Below are positions 1 to 9,610 of a stretch of DNA of 64,000 bases, piece by piece. A program made the position numbers and the translations under genes. Origin of the DNA: Bradymonadia bacterium (GTDB lineage Bacteria; Myxococcota_A; Bradymonadia; UBA7976; UBA1532). The notes below the pieces were generated by a model. That model did not search any database and was not told the origin of the DNA. It worked only from the letters and a program-made list of their open reading frames with translations. The stretch's first letter is position 1. The number at the start of each line of letters is the position of its first letter. The DNA lies in NCBI GenBank assembly GCA_046290225.1, contig JBKAGE010000042.1, forward strand, positions 32,001 to 96,000. The letters are read 5' to 3'.

Positions 1-1
1 G

Positions 2-331
2 GTGGTGCAGACCCGGGGCAGCGATCGGGCGCCGGTGGCCATGGGCGTGCGCTTCTCCACCGCCCAGACCCCCGAGCGGGGTGGCCAGGCCGTCGACCTT
101 TCCATCACCGGCATGTTCATCCAGTCCGACCAGCTGCTCCCCGTGGGCAGTGAGTTGAAGGTGCTGCTCGAGTCGGCTCAGCCCGGTCGGTTCAGCCAGA
201 TCACCGGCAAGGTGATTCGGTGGGCCAGCAAGGGGGATCGCGCCGGGGGCATGGCGGTGCAGTTCACCCCCATCACGCGGCAAGAGCGCAAGGTCATCCG
301 TCAGGCCTGGGCCCGCCTCGCCCCCGCTTGA
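2..331 (+). CDS. PilZ-domain protein (5' partial)
   Basis: RxxxR (RGSDRAP) and DLSxxG (DLSITGMFI) PilZ motifs; C-terminal GMAVQF. Confidence 0.8.
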   Translation: MVQTRGSDRAPVAMGVRFSTAQTPERGGQAVDLSITGMFIQSDQLLPVGSELKVLLESAQPGRFSQITGKVIRWASKGDRAGGMAVQFTPITRQERKVIRQAWARLAPA

Positions 332-1215
332 GTGGTCGAGGACTGTGCGCTCACGCGGATCAGCCAGGCGCTCGACACCAGGATCAACACCCCACCGATG
401 ATCGCCGTCCACGGCAACACCCTGTCGAAGGCGAAGAGATCGATGAGCACGGCCCACACTGGAGCCATGTAACCCGCCGCAGAGATCACCGCCGCCCGCT
501 CCAACTTGTACGCCTGGGTCATGAGCAGCTGCCCGCCAGCGGCGGCGACTCCGGCGCCGATGAGCGGCCACCACGCGTGGCTGGGTGGCATCACCTCGAG
601 GCCCGAGCCCACAGTGAGGGCCAGAGCGAGGACCGCCACCATCACCTGAAACCAGAAGACCACCGCCGGGGCGCGATCAGTGGCGCCGAGGGCTCGCAAG
701 CACACGTGGGCCCCGGCGCCGAGAACACAACCCACGAGGGCCCACAACCCCGCCTGCAGCTGCAAGCCCCCGATCTCCACCTGAGGGCCGAGCAGGATGC
801 CGCAGCCCACGAGGCCCACGGCCAAAGCCCCGTACAAAGCCGGGCCGAGGCGCTCTCCCGCCCCGAGGACCAGCGGGGCGAGGCCGGCGACGAAGATCGG
901 CTGAAGACGCCAGATGAGAGACAGATCGGCCACGGCGATGCCCTTCGCCGCCGTGAACACACAGAACATGGCCCCAAAGCCCAGCAGCACCCGAAGCCCG
1001 AACACTCTCCGGTTGTGGAGCGCCAGGCCCCCTCTCCATGCCACAGCGCCGGCGATGGGCGCCGTGATCAACGCCCGCCACAGAATGACCTGAGAGGCCT
1101 CCATGTCGGCCCGCGCCACCTTGACGCAGGCCACCATCACCGTGAAGCCCAGTGCGGCGAAGATCATGTAGATCACCCCCAACCGGGGGGCGCTGAGGGC
1201 AGGGCGCGAGGTCAA
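301..1215 (-). CDS. DMT/EamA family transporter
   Basis: About 10 hydrophobic segments in two repeats; [18 protein letters not shown] motif. Confidence 0.85.
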   Translation of the reverse strand: MTSRPALSAPRLGVIYMIFAALGFTVMVACVKVARADMEASQVILWRALITAPIAGAVAWRGGLALHNRRVFGLRVLLGFGAMFCVFTAAKGIAVADLSLIWRLQPIFVAGLAPLVLGAGERLGPALYGALAVGLVGCGILLGPQVEIGGLQLQAGLWALVGCVLGAGAHVCLRALGATDRAPAVVFWFQVMVAVLALALTVGSGLEVMPPSHAWWPLIGAGVAAAGGQLLMTQAYKLERAAVISAAGYMAPVWAVLIDLFAFDRVLPWTAIIGGVLILVSSAWLIRVSAQSSTTQAGARRAQA

Positions 1216-2087
1216 ACGGTGGCGCCTTCCAATGTGGCCCAGTGCTCCCCTGCGGCGAACCGGCCCCGGTCGTCGCGGGTGATGGTGGACATCGCCGCTT
1301 CGGGATCATGGGTGAAGAACAACCGCCCGCCCCGTTCGATCAGATCGGAGAGCACGGTGCGCTTCTCGTCGATGAGCATCTCGGGGAACCGGTCGTAGCC
1401 CATGGTGATGGGCAAGTGCACCCACGGGCGCCCGGGGATGAGATCACCACAGAACAACACCGGGCCGTCCTCTCCGGGGATCTCGGTGAGCATCTGCCCT
1501 GGGGTGTGACCGTGAGACCGGTGCAGACGATAGTCGTCGCCGAGCACCTGCGAGGTCTCACCGTCGACGATCTCCAGACGCCCAGTGGCTTCGAGCAACC
1601 CTGGTAGATCGGGGATGAACGACGCCCGATCTCGAGGGTGCGGGCGCTGTGCGCGATCCCAGGCCTCACGGCCCACCACGAAGCGCGCCTTGGGGAACAG
1701 CAGTCGGTGTGGGGTGTCGGGCGCCCACGCCTCGAGCAGCCCACCGGCGTGATCGAAGTGCAAGTGGCTGAGCACCACCACGTCGATGTCCGTGTGAGAG
1801 AAGCCAGCGGCCTCGAGGCTCTCGAGGAGCACATGGTGGGCCTCTTGCACCCCGAAGCGCTCACGATACTTGGGCTCGAAGAAGGCCCCGATGCCGGTCT
1901 CGAACAAGATCAGGCGTCCGTCGTCACCCTGCTCCTCGATCAACATCGCCCGGCACGCCAGAGGCACCCGATTCAACTCATCAGGGGGCAGCCACCGGGA
2001 CCACAGCGCCCTGGGGGCGTTGCCGAACATGGCGCCTCCATCAAGTTTCTGGCTGTTTCCGGCGATGGACCATATGCGACGCTTCAT
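1212..2087 (-). CDS. MBL-fold metallo-hydrolase (YtnP-like)
   Basis: [23 protein letters not shown] motifs; start moved to the ATG at 2087 (MKRRIW). Confidence 0.9.
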   Translation of the reverse strand: MKRRIWSIAGNSQKLDGGAMFGNAPRALWSRWLPPDELNRVPLACRAMLIEEQGDDGRLILFETGIGAFFEPKYRERFGVQEAHHVLLESLEAAGFSHTDIDVVVLSHLHFDHAGGLLEAWAPDTPHRLLFPKARFVVGREAWDRAQRPHPRDRASFIPDLPGLLEATGRLEIVDGETSQVLGDDYRLHRSHGHTPGQMLTEIPGEDGPVLFCGDLIPGRPWVHLPITMGYDRFPEMLIDEKRTVLSDLIERGGRLFFTHDPEAAMSTITRDDRGRFAAGEHWATLEGATV

Positions 2088-2139
2088 GGGCAGACGACCT
2101 CCTTGGTGTACGGTGCACTCGACGCCGCCAGTGGATATC

Positions 2140-4413
2140 ATGCACCGGGCCAAAGCGACGAGCGGATGGGTGACGATGACCGCACCAGCACACCGGATAT
2201 CTTCAAAGATGATGCTCATGGCACTGTGGATGCCCATGCTGTACTTCGGCTGCAGCGAATCCACGCCCAAGAGCACATCGAAGACACCGCCCTCATCAGC
2301 CAGTTCGAAGACGCTCGCGCAGGCTGACGCGACCACATCTCAGCGCACCACCGTGCCCACCCTCGGCGCCTCGTCGGCGGACCAAGCCAGGGCCAAAGGC
2401 CCTGCAGAGCAGGCCTTCGTACAGCCACCTGGGGTCGAGGATTGCGAGGACTGCCATCCCGAGATCGTGGAGTCGTATCTCACCACGGGCATGGGCCGAT
2501 CGATGTACGCCCCTTCCAAGGCGAAGATCATCGAAGACTTCAGCCCCAAGGCCGCCACCATTCGACACGAGCACACAGGGCTCGAGTACCAGGCCTACGT
2601 CGACGATGCTGGGCGGTGGTGGCAAACCGAGCGCCTGCCGGGCACGGACTACAGCCGCACCCTGGAGGTGGCCTATGTCGTGGGATCAGGCAACCACACC
2701 CGAAGCTATCTCGGCTGGGCCGGTGGCCAGATGGTCGAGCTGCCTCTCACCTGGTACGCCAAACGCCGCATCTGGGACATGAGCCCGGGTTATGAGAAGC
2801 CCAACACGCTGCGTTTCACTCGGTGGGTTCGACCCGAATGCCTGTTCTGTCACAACGACGCCGCCCCGGCGAAGCGGGGCGCCCCTGCGGACTATCTGGG
2901 CAAAATCCCCGAAGGCATCACCTGCACACGATGCCATGGCGACGGCACCCGGCACATCGCCGCCCGAGAAGCGGGCGAGGTGCCTCCAGAGGGCAAACCC
3001 GATCCGCACATCGTCAACCCCAAGCACCTGAGCGAATCTCATCAGCTGCAGATCTGCCAGCAGTGCCACCTGCAGGGGGCTGCCCGCGTCCTCACCAGCA
3101 AGAAGGCCCTGCACGAGTACACCCCGGAGACCCCTCTCGAAGACTTCATGTCGATCTTCGAGGAAGCCCAGGCCGGCGGCAGCGCCTTCAGCATCGCCAG
3201 CCACGGTCACCGCCTGTCGTTGAGCGCCTGCGCTCAAGGGAGCGCTCAGGGTGACAAGCGCCTGGTCTGCACCACCTGCCATGATCCGCACCGCCCCTCG
3301 AACACCGCCAGCCACCGGGCGGCGTGCTTGAGCTGCCATACACCCAAAGACTGTGGCGAAGCGCACACCGCGGCTGATCCCGAAGCGAGCTGTGCGGGCT
3401 GTCACATGCGCAAGGGCGGCACCAGCGACATCCCTCACGTGAACTTCACCGATCACTTCATCCGCAAGAAGCCCTCTGCCGACGAGGCGCCGCCACAGTC
3501 CGACGGCACCCTCGCCGACGTCACCTCGGCCGACAAACGCGGCGAGAAGAACCCCCTCATCCTGGGGCTGGCCTACAGCCAACGCTGGCGACTGTTCGGT
3601 GAGCGCGACAAACGCCATCGGGCCCGCATGCTGTTGCTCGAAGCCGACAAAAAAGGGGAGGTCAACTTCGAGGGCCTGCACATGCTCGCCCTCACCAACT
3701 TCCCCAGCACCCCCTACTTCGAGCGGATGGATGCTCTTGAGGCCCAAGCGCGCTCTCCACATCCGTTCTGGCGCCTCGACTGGGCCGATCGACTCTTCAA
3801 GAGCGGAGACACGGAGCGCGCTCTGAAGGTGATGCAGCCCGGGCTGCAATACCCAAGCGTCACCGCCTTCGCCTGGCGCCGCTATGGCGACATGCTCAGC
3901 CGGCTTCAACGCTTCGACGAGGCTGATCAAGCCTACGAGAAAGCAGAGCAGATCGACCCCTACGAGAAGCTGCTCGCTCAGAACAGGGCCACCAACGCCA
4001 TGTCAGCGGGTCGAGTAGAAGAGGCGGAGAAGTGGCTCCGGCGCGCTGCAGAGCGCGACGGCCTGAACATCGACGTCAGGAGCTACCTCGGCGAGTTGCT
4101 GATCCAAAAAGAAGACCCGCAGCAACTGCTGAAACTCGCGCAGGAGATCAAGGCCGCACAAGCACAGGATCCACGCTGGCAGATTTTGCAGGCAGAGGGG
4201 CTGCGCCAGAAGGGAGACACCCAGGGCGCAATCAAGACCCTGGACAACATGCATCCGCAGCTGCGCAACGGGCGCTACTGGCTGGCCCGAGGTCGCACCC
4301 TCCGCGATGCCGGCGACATCAAGGCCGCCCGCGAGGCCGCCCAGCTGGGCATGCGTTTCGAGCCCGGCAACCCGGCGCTCATGCAACTGCAACAGAGCCT
4401 CTCGGGTCGCTGA
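2140..4413 (+). CDS. Multiheme c-type cytochrome with C-terminal TPR repeats, probable lipoprotein
   Basis: Seven CxxCH motifs (CEDCH, CLFCH, CTRCH, CQQCH, CTTCH, CLSCH, CAGCH), TDHFIR motif, TPR-like helices, lipobox-like YFGC; start uncertain (2140-2211). Confidence 0.8.
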   Translation: MHRAKATSGWVTMTAPAHRISSKMMLMALWMPMLYFGCSESTPKSTSKTPPSSASSKTLAQADATTSQRTTVPTLGASSADQARAKGPAEQAFVQPPGVEDCEDCHPEIVESYLTTGMGRSMYAPSKAKIIEDFSPKAATIRHEHTGLEYQAYVDDAGRWWQTERLPGTDYSRTLEVAYVVGSGNHTRSYLGWAGGQMVELPLTWYAKRRIWDMSPGYEKPNTLRFTRWVRPECLFCHNDAAPAKRGAPADYLGKIPEGITCTRCHGDGTRHIAAREAGEVPPEGKPDPHIVNPKHLSESHQLQICQQCHLQGAARVLTSKKALHEYTPETPLEDFMSIFEEAQAGGSAFSIASHGHRLSLSACAQGSAQGDKRLVCTTCHDPHRPSNTASHRAACLSCHTPKDCGEAHTAADPEASCAGCHMRKGGTSDIPHVNFTDHFIRKKPSADEAPPQSDGTLADVTSADKRGEKNPLILGLAYSQRWRLFGERDKRHRARMLLLEADKKGEVNFEGLHMLALTNFPSTPYFERMDALEAQARSPHPFWRLDWADRLFKSGDTERALKVMQPGLQYPSVTAFAWRRYGDMLSRLQRFDEADQAYEKAEQIDPYEKLLAQNRATNAMSAGRVEEAEKWLRRAAERDGLNIDVRSYLGELLIQKEDPQQLLKLAQEIKAAQAQDPRWQILQAEGLRQKGDTQGAIKTLDNMHPQLRNGRYWLARGRTLRDAGDIKAAREAAQLGMRFEPGNPALMQLQQSLSGR

Positions 4414-4423
4414 TCACATCGCT

Positions 4424-5014
4424 CTACTCTGCAGCGAAAGGCTCAGCGAGGACCTCTTCGAATGAGGAGCACTCGTATTGATCAGTGGGGGGGTTGTCGA
4501 CGAAATCGAGGCACTCATCGCTGTCAGCCACCTCGGGGAAAGCCTGCTCGATGCGTCGGGTGACCCGCATGCCAGTCTCCGTGGCCTCTAGAATGGACTC
4601 AGTCTGAGTCACAGTGCACGAGGTGCCAGAGCCGCCCGCAGCCGTGGCCACGGTCACCCAAGCATCACCACGCTTCTCGAAGAAGGTCTCCGAGAAGCCG
4701 AATTCGTCCTCGCCTCTCTCGATCGGGCACGGATCACTTGCGTCACACGCCTCGAGCGTCTTGACGCTCTGGCCGAAGAACGACTCGCTCTTCAGAGAAA
4801 AGAACGGCCCTTCGACGACATAAGGGTGGCCGAATGAATCGTACGCCTCTACAGCCTGGGGGGTGTCGCACCCATTGAGGCTCAACGTGTGGTTGGTCAC
4901 CTCGAACACACCGTTGAAGGCGTCCGGGCCGCTCTCTTCATCATCGCAGCCCGTCGTCATCAACATGGCCATCGCCGCGATGGCGGTGGGGATCAAGGTG
5001 TCACGCAGCTTCAT
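4424..5014 (-). CDS. Hypothetical lipoprotein (paralog of 5135-5755)
   Basis: GAGGAG RBS, signal peptide ending TTGC, shared GVFEVxxHTL and DNPPxDQxxC motifs. Confidence 0.7.
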   Translation of the reverse strand: MKLRDTLIPTAIAAMAMLMTTGCDDEESGPDAFNGVFEVTNHTLSLNGCDTPQAVEAYDSFGHPYVVEGPFFSLKSESFFGQSVKTLEACDASDPCPIERGEDEFGFSETFFEKRGDAWVTVATAAGGSGTSCTVTQTESILEATETGMRVTRRIEQAFPEVADSDECLDFVDNPPTDQYECSSFEEVLAEPFAAE

Positions 5015-5134
5015 GTCATCTCCTCTGGGGTTGGATCCAGCGTCGTTTCGTGGCGCTGACGACGCACGACCACTGGTTTTATTCCCCAAAAACCGCGACA
5101 CCGATAGCCCATTCTGCTCCATGGAGCCCACGAC

Positions 5135-5755
5135 TCACTCTGTGGCGACAGGCTCAGCGAACACTTCCTCGGCAGCAATGCAGTTGAGCTGATCCACAGG
5201 CGGATTGTCCGCGATGGTGTAGCATGCATCGGCGTCTTCGACGTCTGGGAACATCTCCCCTACACGCTGGCTGATGCGAATGCCCGTGTCGGTGGGTTCG
5301 ATGATCGTCTCCGTATGCTGCACTTCACAGTCGAAAGCTGAGACAGCCTCTTCTCCAGCCTCGAGCCGGCTGCGCCTGTATCCAGAGCGTACAATGGTAG
5401 ACACCCACCCGTTTCCACGACGTTCGGTGAACACTCGTGAGTTGCTGAAATCATCATCACGGTTGTTCGATGAGCACGCATCGGCCGAGGGACAGTCCAT
5501 GAGAGCCTTTACGGTCACGCCAAACTCAGTCCTGGTGCTCAATGAAAAAAAGTCGGAGTACGTGATGTAATCGTACTCGCTCCGATCGAGCTCATATTCA
5601 TTGAAGGGCTGCAGCGCATCGCACCCGCTCGTGTCCAGGGTGTGGCTACTGACTTCGAAAACGCCACTCAACCCATCAGGTGATGCATCGTCGTCACCAC
5701 ACGCAGTGGCCATCAAGAGCACCAGGGAGGGCATCAATGCACGGTAGAAATTCAT
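5135..5755 (-). CDS. Hypothetical lipoprotein (paralog of 4424-5014)
   Basis: Signal peptide ending ATAC; same conserved Cys pattern as its neighbour. Confidence 0.7.
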   Translation of the reverse strand: MNFYRALMPSLVLLMATACGDDDASPDGLSGVFEVSSHTLDTSGCDALQPFNEYELDRSEYDYITYSDFFSLSTRTEFGVTVKALMDCPSADACSSNNRDDDFSNSRVFTERRGNGWVSTIVRSGYRRSRLEAGEEAVSAFDCEVQHTETIIEPTDTGIRISQRVGEMFPDVEDADACYTIADNPPVDQLNCIAAEEVFAEPVATE

Positions 5756-5882
5756 GTCTTCGCCTCTTCTCGGCAGCGTGCGACCACGATGCCAGTCTTC
5801 ATGGTCAAGTGATCGGTGATTCGAGTCGTGCACCCGATTTCTGACATGACCCCTCTCCAAATGTGCACATGCCTGGCATTGA

Positions 5883-5945
5883 GAGGTCCTCACAAAACAG
5901 CTCCCCTCACCTTCCTGACTTGGTCCGCCGTTGTGTTGGGGCCTC
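5883..5945. mobile_element. Internally deleted MITE (IS5-like TIRs)
   Basis: GAGGTCCTCACAAAAC...GTTGTGTTGGGGCCTC flanked by TGA/TGA; ends match the 159-bp copies at 9341 and 31597. Confidence 0.7.
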
Positions 5946-6049
5946 TGACGGCGACCTTTGTTTGGTAGCCCTCAACCTGCCCCCAAAGTTTTCTGTGAGA
6001 AAAAAACCAATAGAATTCAACGCTGTCATCAAAAAACGCTCACCATAGC

Positions 6050-6078
6050 TTGCATCAATACATACTCACTGTTAACGT
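6050..6078 (+). promoter_or_regulatory. Sigma70-like promoter of tRNA locus 1
   Basis: TTGCAT-N17-TAACGT after an A-rich upstream tract. Confidence 0.55.
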
Positions 6079-6123
6079 TCGCACGTCCAGAGAGACACAC
6101 CTCACCTATAAGGTTGGTTTACC

Positions 6124-6237
6124 GTGCAGTTCGTCGCCCACCATATGTGCATACCTCACCCCGTGATGCCTGGATGTCCAGGCCATCACCCACAGGTGAA
6201 TTGTATGTTGGCCCGGCCTATGCCGGGGCAGCGCTGA
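6124..6237 (+). CDS. Putative leader (attenuator) peptide rich in Met/Cys/Pro/His
   Basis: GTG start after TAAGGT (alternative in-frame ATG at 6145): (M)QFVAHHMCIPHPVMPGCPGHHPQVNCMLARPMPGQR; composition matches the downstream tRNA-Cys, -Met and -Pro. Confidence 0.65.
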   Translation: MQFVAHHMCIPHPVMPGCPGHHPQVNCMLARPMPGQR

Positions 6238-6279
6238 CGACACCGGTTGCGCCTTGCGCCCCGGGGTACCACCGGGGTT
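6212..6279 (+). promoter_or_regulatory. Putative attenuator (alternative hairpins)
   Basis: CCCGGC(6212-17)/GCCGGG(6222-27); CCGGGGC(6223-29)/GCCCCGG(6258-64); GCCCCGG/CCGGGGT(6272-78); U-tract is weak. Confidence 0.5.
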
Positions 6280-6537
6280 AAACCTTGAAAAAACAAACAC
6301 ATTCAAGGTCTACACATATCCCCCTAGAGATCCCGAAGACGCATGCCCGGTTTCACCGCGCTCCCCGATCTCGGACGCTGTTCGAGCGCAGGCCCGGTCA
6401 ACTCGACTGACCACCTGATCTCGAACCTGTCGTGAGGTGCGATGGGTGACGGCAGTCATCCATCGCATCAAGTGTATCGTTTCTGCCCATGGCAGAGGCA
6501 AGACACCGCAACTATAACCAATAGACACAACTATTTT

Positions 6538-6608
6538 GATGCGTTCCATCCGGCGATGGCGTGAGATTGCAACCCTCACTGTGCTGGGTTCGACCCCCAG
6601 ACGCATCT
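6538..6608 (+). tRNA. tRNA-Cys(GCA), atypical short D-loop
   Basis: Acceptor GATGCGT/ACGCATC, U73 discriminator, D-arm CATC-CGGC-GATG, loop TT-GCA-AC, T-arm CTGGG-TTCGACC-CCCAG. Confidence 0.8.
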
Positions 6609-6650
6609 CAATGCACAGCGCACACTGAAGCATGTGTGCTGAGGAGAGAC

Positions 6651-7568
6651 ATGAAACCGTTCGTATTCGACATGGAGACGGGGGATCCCGACGACTTCCT
6701 GACGTTGGCGCTGCTGGCGGGCCACCCCGAGGTGGATTTACGCGGCGTGACCATCACACCGGGTACACCTCACCAGGTGGGGCTCGTTCGCTGGTTTTTG
6801 GATCATGTGGATCTGGGCCACCTGCCTGTAGGCGCTTTCGACATCGACCACATGTCGAGGCGCTCAGGGCAGTACGAGAAGTGCGTGTCCGCCTGGCACT
6901 ATCGCACCTTCGGTGAGATCTCCCCGAGCCATGATGCCGAGACTGGATCTGCGGTGCTGGAGAGCGTCGGTCCCAATGTGGATCTCGTCACGGGGGCTGC
7001 GCTCAAGAACCTGGGCCGCTTTTACAGGCTGAATGACACCTCCTGGCCGGGCCCCCTGACGATTCAGGGCGGCTTTGCTGGAGACAATGTGGTGCCTCCA
7101 GAGCTGCGGCTGGAAAAGTTCGACGGCCGGCTGACCTGCCCGACGTTCAACCTCAATGGCGACGTGGCATCGGCCAGGCTGGTTTTCGAACGGGCAGGGG
7201 CTCATCCGACCCGCATGGTCTCGAAGAATGTGTGCCATGGCGTGATCTACGACCAGCACATGCACGATGAGCTTCGTGCCATGGCCGAGGCATCGGGCGG
7301 CCCTCACCTGGGCATGCAGTGGGTGTTCCGAGGCATGGAGTCGTATCTCTCGCGCCGCCCGGAGGGGAAGAAGTTCCACGATCCGCTGGCGGCCATGTGC
7401 GCCCTGCGGCCGGAGATCGGCACCTGGGTGCGGGGGATGCCCTACCGGGTCGAAGGGGGCCACTGGTCTGGTGAATGGGGGTTCGAGCCAGATCCTGAAG
7501 GCCCGGTGGAGATCATCATCGATTACGACCGTGAGCTGTTCCTCGAAACCATGTTGGGGATCGGCTGA
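6651..7568 (+). CDS. Inosine/uridine-preferring nucleoside hydrolase family protein
   Basis: DMETGDPDD N-terminal Asp cluster, TFNLNGD, HDPLAA motifs; GAGGAG RBS. Confidence 0.85.
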   Translation: MKPFVFDMETGDPDDFLTLALLAGHPEVDLRGVTITPGTPHQVGLVRWFLDHVDLGHLPVGAFDIDHMSRRSGQYEKCVSAWHYRTFGEISPSHDAETGSAVLESVGPNVDLVTGAALKNLGRFYRLNDTSWPGPLTIQGGFAGDNVVPPELRLEKFDGRLTCPTFNLNGDVASARLVFERAGAHPTRMVSKNVCHGVIYDQHMHDELRAMAEASGGPHLGMQWVFRGMESYLSRRPEGKKFHDPLAAMCALRPEIGTWVRGMPYRVEGGHWSGEWGFEPDPEGPVEIIIDYDRELFLETMLGIG

Positions 7569-7586
7569 CGCTCAGCAGCGTCATAT

Positions 7587-7655
7587 CGCAACGCGCACAG
7601 GGGGCCGGTGAGTTTCATACGCTCAGCCGAGCAGGTTCGAGTCCTGCCGTTGCGA
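7587..7655 (+). tRNA. tRNA-Met(CAT)-like with degenerate D-arm
   Basis: Acceptor CGCAACG/CGTTGCG+A, anticodon arm TGAGT-TTCATAC-GCTCA, T-arm GCAGG-TTCGAGT-CCTGC; Met versus lysidine-Ile identity not resolved. Confidence 0.65.
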
Positions 7656-7722
7656 CCTCGGGCCCAGGCAGAAGGGCGGGTGCAGAGGATGGCCCGCCCC
7701 AACTTCGCCATGGGTCCATCAA

Positions 7723-7796
7723 CGGAGTGTAGCTCAGTCTGGTAGAGCAGCACGCTGGGGGCGTGAAGGTCGCAGGTTCAAATCCTGCCACTCCGA
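7723..7796 (+). tRNA. tRNA-Pro(GGG)
   Basis: CGGAGTG/CACTCCG acceptor, canonical D- and T-arms, loop CT-GGG-GG. Confidence 0.9.
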
Positions 7797-8030
7797 CAGT
7801 GTTTTTTCAGAGCCTGCCCTTCGGGCGCTTCTGCGCTCCTACGCCCTACGGGCTCCGTCGGCTCCGAAGCGTCCGGCCTTAGGCCGGACAGGCTCGCGGG
7901 CTTACGCCCGCTGTTCTCTCTTGGGGTTTCTGTGGAGTTTGCCTTTGGGCGCTCCTATGGCCCTGTCGACTCTGAAGTGTTCGGCCTTAGGCCGGACAGG
8001 CTCGCGGGCTGGCGCCCGCCGTTCTTTCTC
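7797..8030. repeat. tRNA-associated structured repeat, dimer (one intact and one degenerate unit)
   Basis: CAGTGTTTTT..GAGCCTGCCCTTCGGGCGCTTC...GAAGCGTCCGGCC-TTA-GGCCGGACAGGCTC; homologous to 60005-60333 and 61019-61266. Confidence 0.85.
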
Positions 8031-8049
8031 GACTCAATGCACGCATCTG

Positions 8050-8610
8050 TCAACGCGACAGCTTTCCAGCCCAGTTGGCGAAGCCGGCCATGTACTTCAC
8101 GAGCCGATCGTGCACCTGCTCGTCAGTGAGCACGCCGTCCGTGAACTTCGACCCTGCATTGCCCACCATGAACTCCGGCCAGGGGAACACCGCCGCCGCC
8201 ATCCCCAGCAGAATCGTCTTCATATGTTGTTGACCGCGGGCCCCACCCACTGGGCTGCCTGTCACCGAGAGCACGCCCACCGGCGTGTCGCGAAAGGGCG
8301 AGTGGTAGGCTGGGCGGCTCGCCCAGTCGACCGCGTTCTTGAGCACCCCCGGCACGCTGTAGTTGTACTCCGGCACCGCCAGCAACACCCCATCCGCTTC
8401 TGTGATCGCGCGCTTCAAACGCAACACGCTCTCTGGCACCTCGGGCAGGTCATCGTCGTAGAGCGGTATGTCGCGGTAATTGTAGATCTCCACCTTCACC
8501 CCCTCGGGGGCCACAGTCTGCGCGGCGCGCAGCAGAGCAGTGTTGAGGCTGGCGGCGCGAAAAGAGCCCGACAAGGCCAGGATCTTCAGGTCGGATTTGG
8601 GGGCAGACAT
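8050..8610 (-). CDS. NADPH-dependent FMN reductase (ChrR/YieF-like)
   Basis: GSFRAASLN and PEYNYSVPGVLKNAVDW motifs. Confidence 0.9.
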   Translation of the reverse strand: MSAPKSDLKILALSGSFRAASLNTALLRAAQTVAPEGVKVEIYNYRDIPLYDDDLPEVPESVLRLKRAITEADGVLLAVPEYNYSVPGVLKNAVDWASRPAYHSPFRDTPVGVLSVTGSPVGGARGQQHMKTILLGMAAAVFPWPEFMVGNAGSKFTDGVLTDEQVHDRLVKYMAGFANWAGKLSR

Positions 8611-8630
8611 GAGAGGGTGCTCCTTTTCTT

Positions 8631-9317
8631 TCAGGCCATGTCGAAGACGAGCACCTCAGCGCCGCCTTGAGTGGTGAGGTCGAGGGCCTCGGTCTCGGTG
8701 ATGGCCGCGCCGTCACCGATGCGCAACAGCTCGCCGTTCACCGTCACGCTGCCTTTGACCACCTGGACCCAAGCGCGGTTGCGTCGGATGTCGAGGTGCG
8801 CTGAGCCGTCTGCCTCCAGCAGACCGCGGTAGAGATCGACGTCCTGACCGATGGTGAGACTGCCTTCTCGTCCTTCAGGGCTCACCAGCAAGGTGAGGCC
8901 CTCTGCCTGGCCGAAGTCGTGATCCGCATACCCTGGTTTGGTCCCGATCTTCTCGGGCTGAATCCAGATCTGCATGAAGTGCACAGGCTCTTTCTGGCTG
9001 CCGTTCATCTCGCTGTGGCGAATGCCCCGACCTGCAGACATGACCTGGACCTCACCAGGGCGAATCACCCCACCAGAGCCAGTGCTGTCCTTGTGTGCCA
9101 GAGCCCCCTCGACCACATAGGAGATGATCTCCATGTCCCGATGGCCATGGGGGGGAAACCCGGCCCCGGGGGTGACCCGATCTTCGTTGATGACCCTCAG
9201 TGGGCCAAAGCCCATGAATCGCGGGTCGTAGTAGCTCCCGAAGCTGAAGGTGTGGCGGCTGTCGAGCCAGCCCATGTTCACCTGGCCCCGCTCTGCGCTG
9301 CGACGAATGCTGATCAT
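8631..9317 (-). CDS. Pirin family protein (YhhW-like)
   Basis: WLDSRHTFSF, HGHRDMEI, MSAGRGIRHSE motifs; GAGGAGG RBS before the ATG at 9317. Confidence 0.92.
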   Translation of the reverse strand: MISIRRSAERGQVNMGWLDSRHTFSFGSYYDPRFMGFGPLRVINEDRVTPGAGFPPHGHRDMEIISYVVEGALAHKDSTGSGGVIRPGEVQVMSAGRGIRHSEMNGSQKEPVHFMQIWIQPEKIGTKPGYADHDFGQAEGLTLLVSPEGREGSLTIGQDVDLYRGLLEADGSAHLDIRRNRAWVQVVKGSVTVNGELLRIGDGAAITETEALDLTTQGGAEVLVFDMA

Positions 9318-9340
9318 GGTGTCCTCCTCATACTGCTTTA

Positions 9341-9499
9341 GAGGTCCTAACAGAACAGCGGACCGAGCCAGGGGCGTGAGGTGCGAGTGAGACATCCAGA
9401 ACACCCGCAGGCGATGCTAAAGCATCGTCGAGGACGGTTTTGGATGTCTCGCGAAGTGCATCGCGGCTCTGGCGACGGGAGCTGTTTTGTTAGGACCTC
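9341..9499. mobile_element. 159-bp MITE, IS5-family-like
   Basis: TIRs GAGGTCCTAACAGAAC/GTTTTGTTAGGACCTC with TTA target duplication (9338-40, 9500-02). Confidence 0.8.
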
Positions 9500-9610
9500 T
9501 TAGTGCTGTTGTCTTGCGATGAGATGAAGATAATCTTGCAACCTTGACCCAACAAGGCCCCGAAATGCACGATGGGCTTGCATTTGTGCAAGACATGGAG
9601 CGAGTCACCA

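Noticed and set aside
6265..6273. T-box riboswitch (GGTGGTACC)
   Set aside because: The motif is only on the strand opposite to the tRNA genes, and no Stem I or specifier loop is seen.
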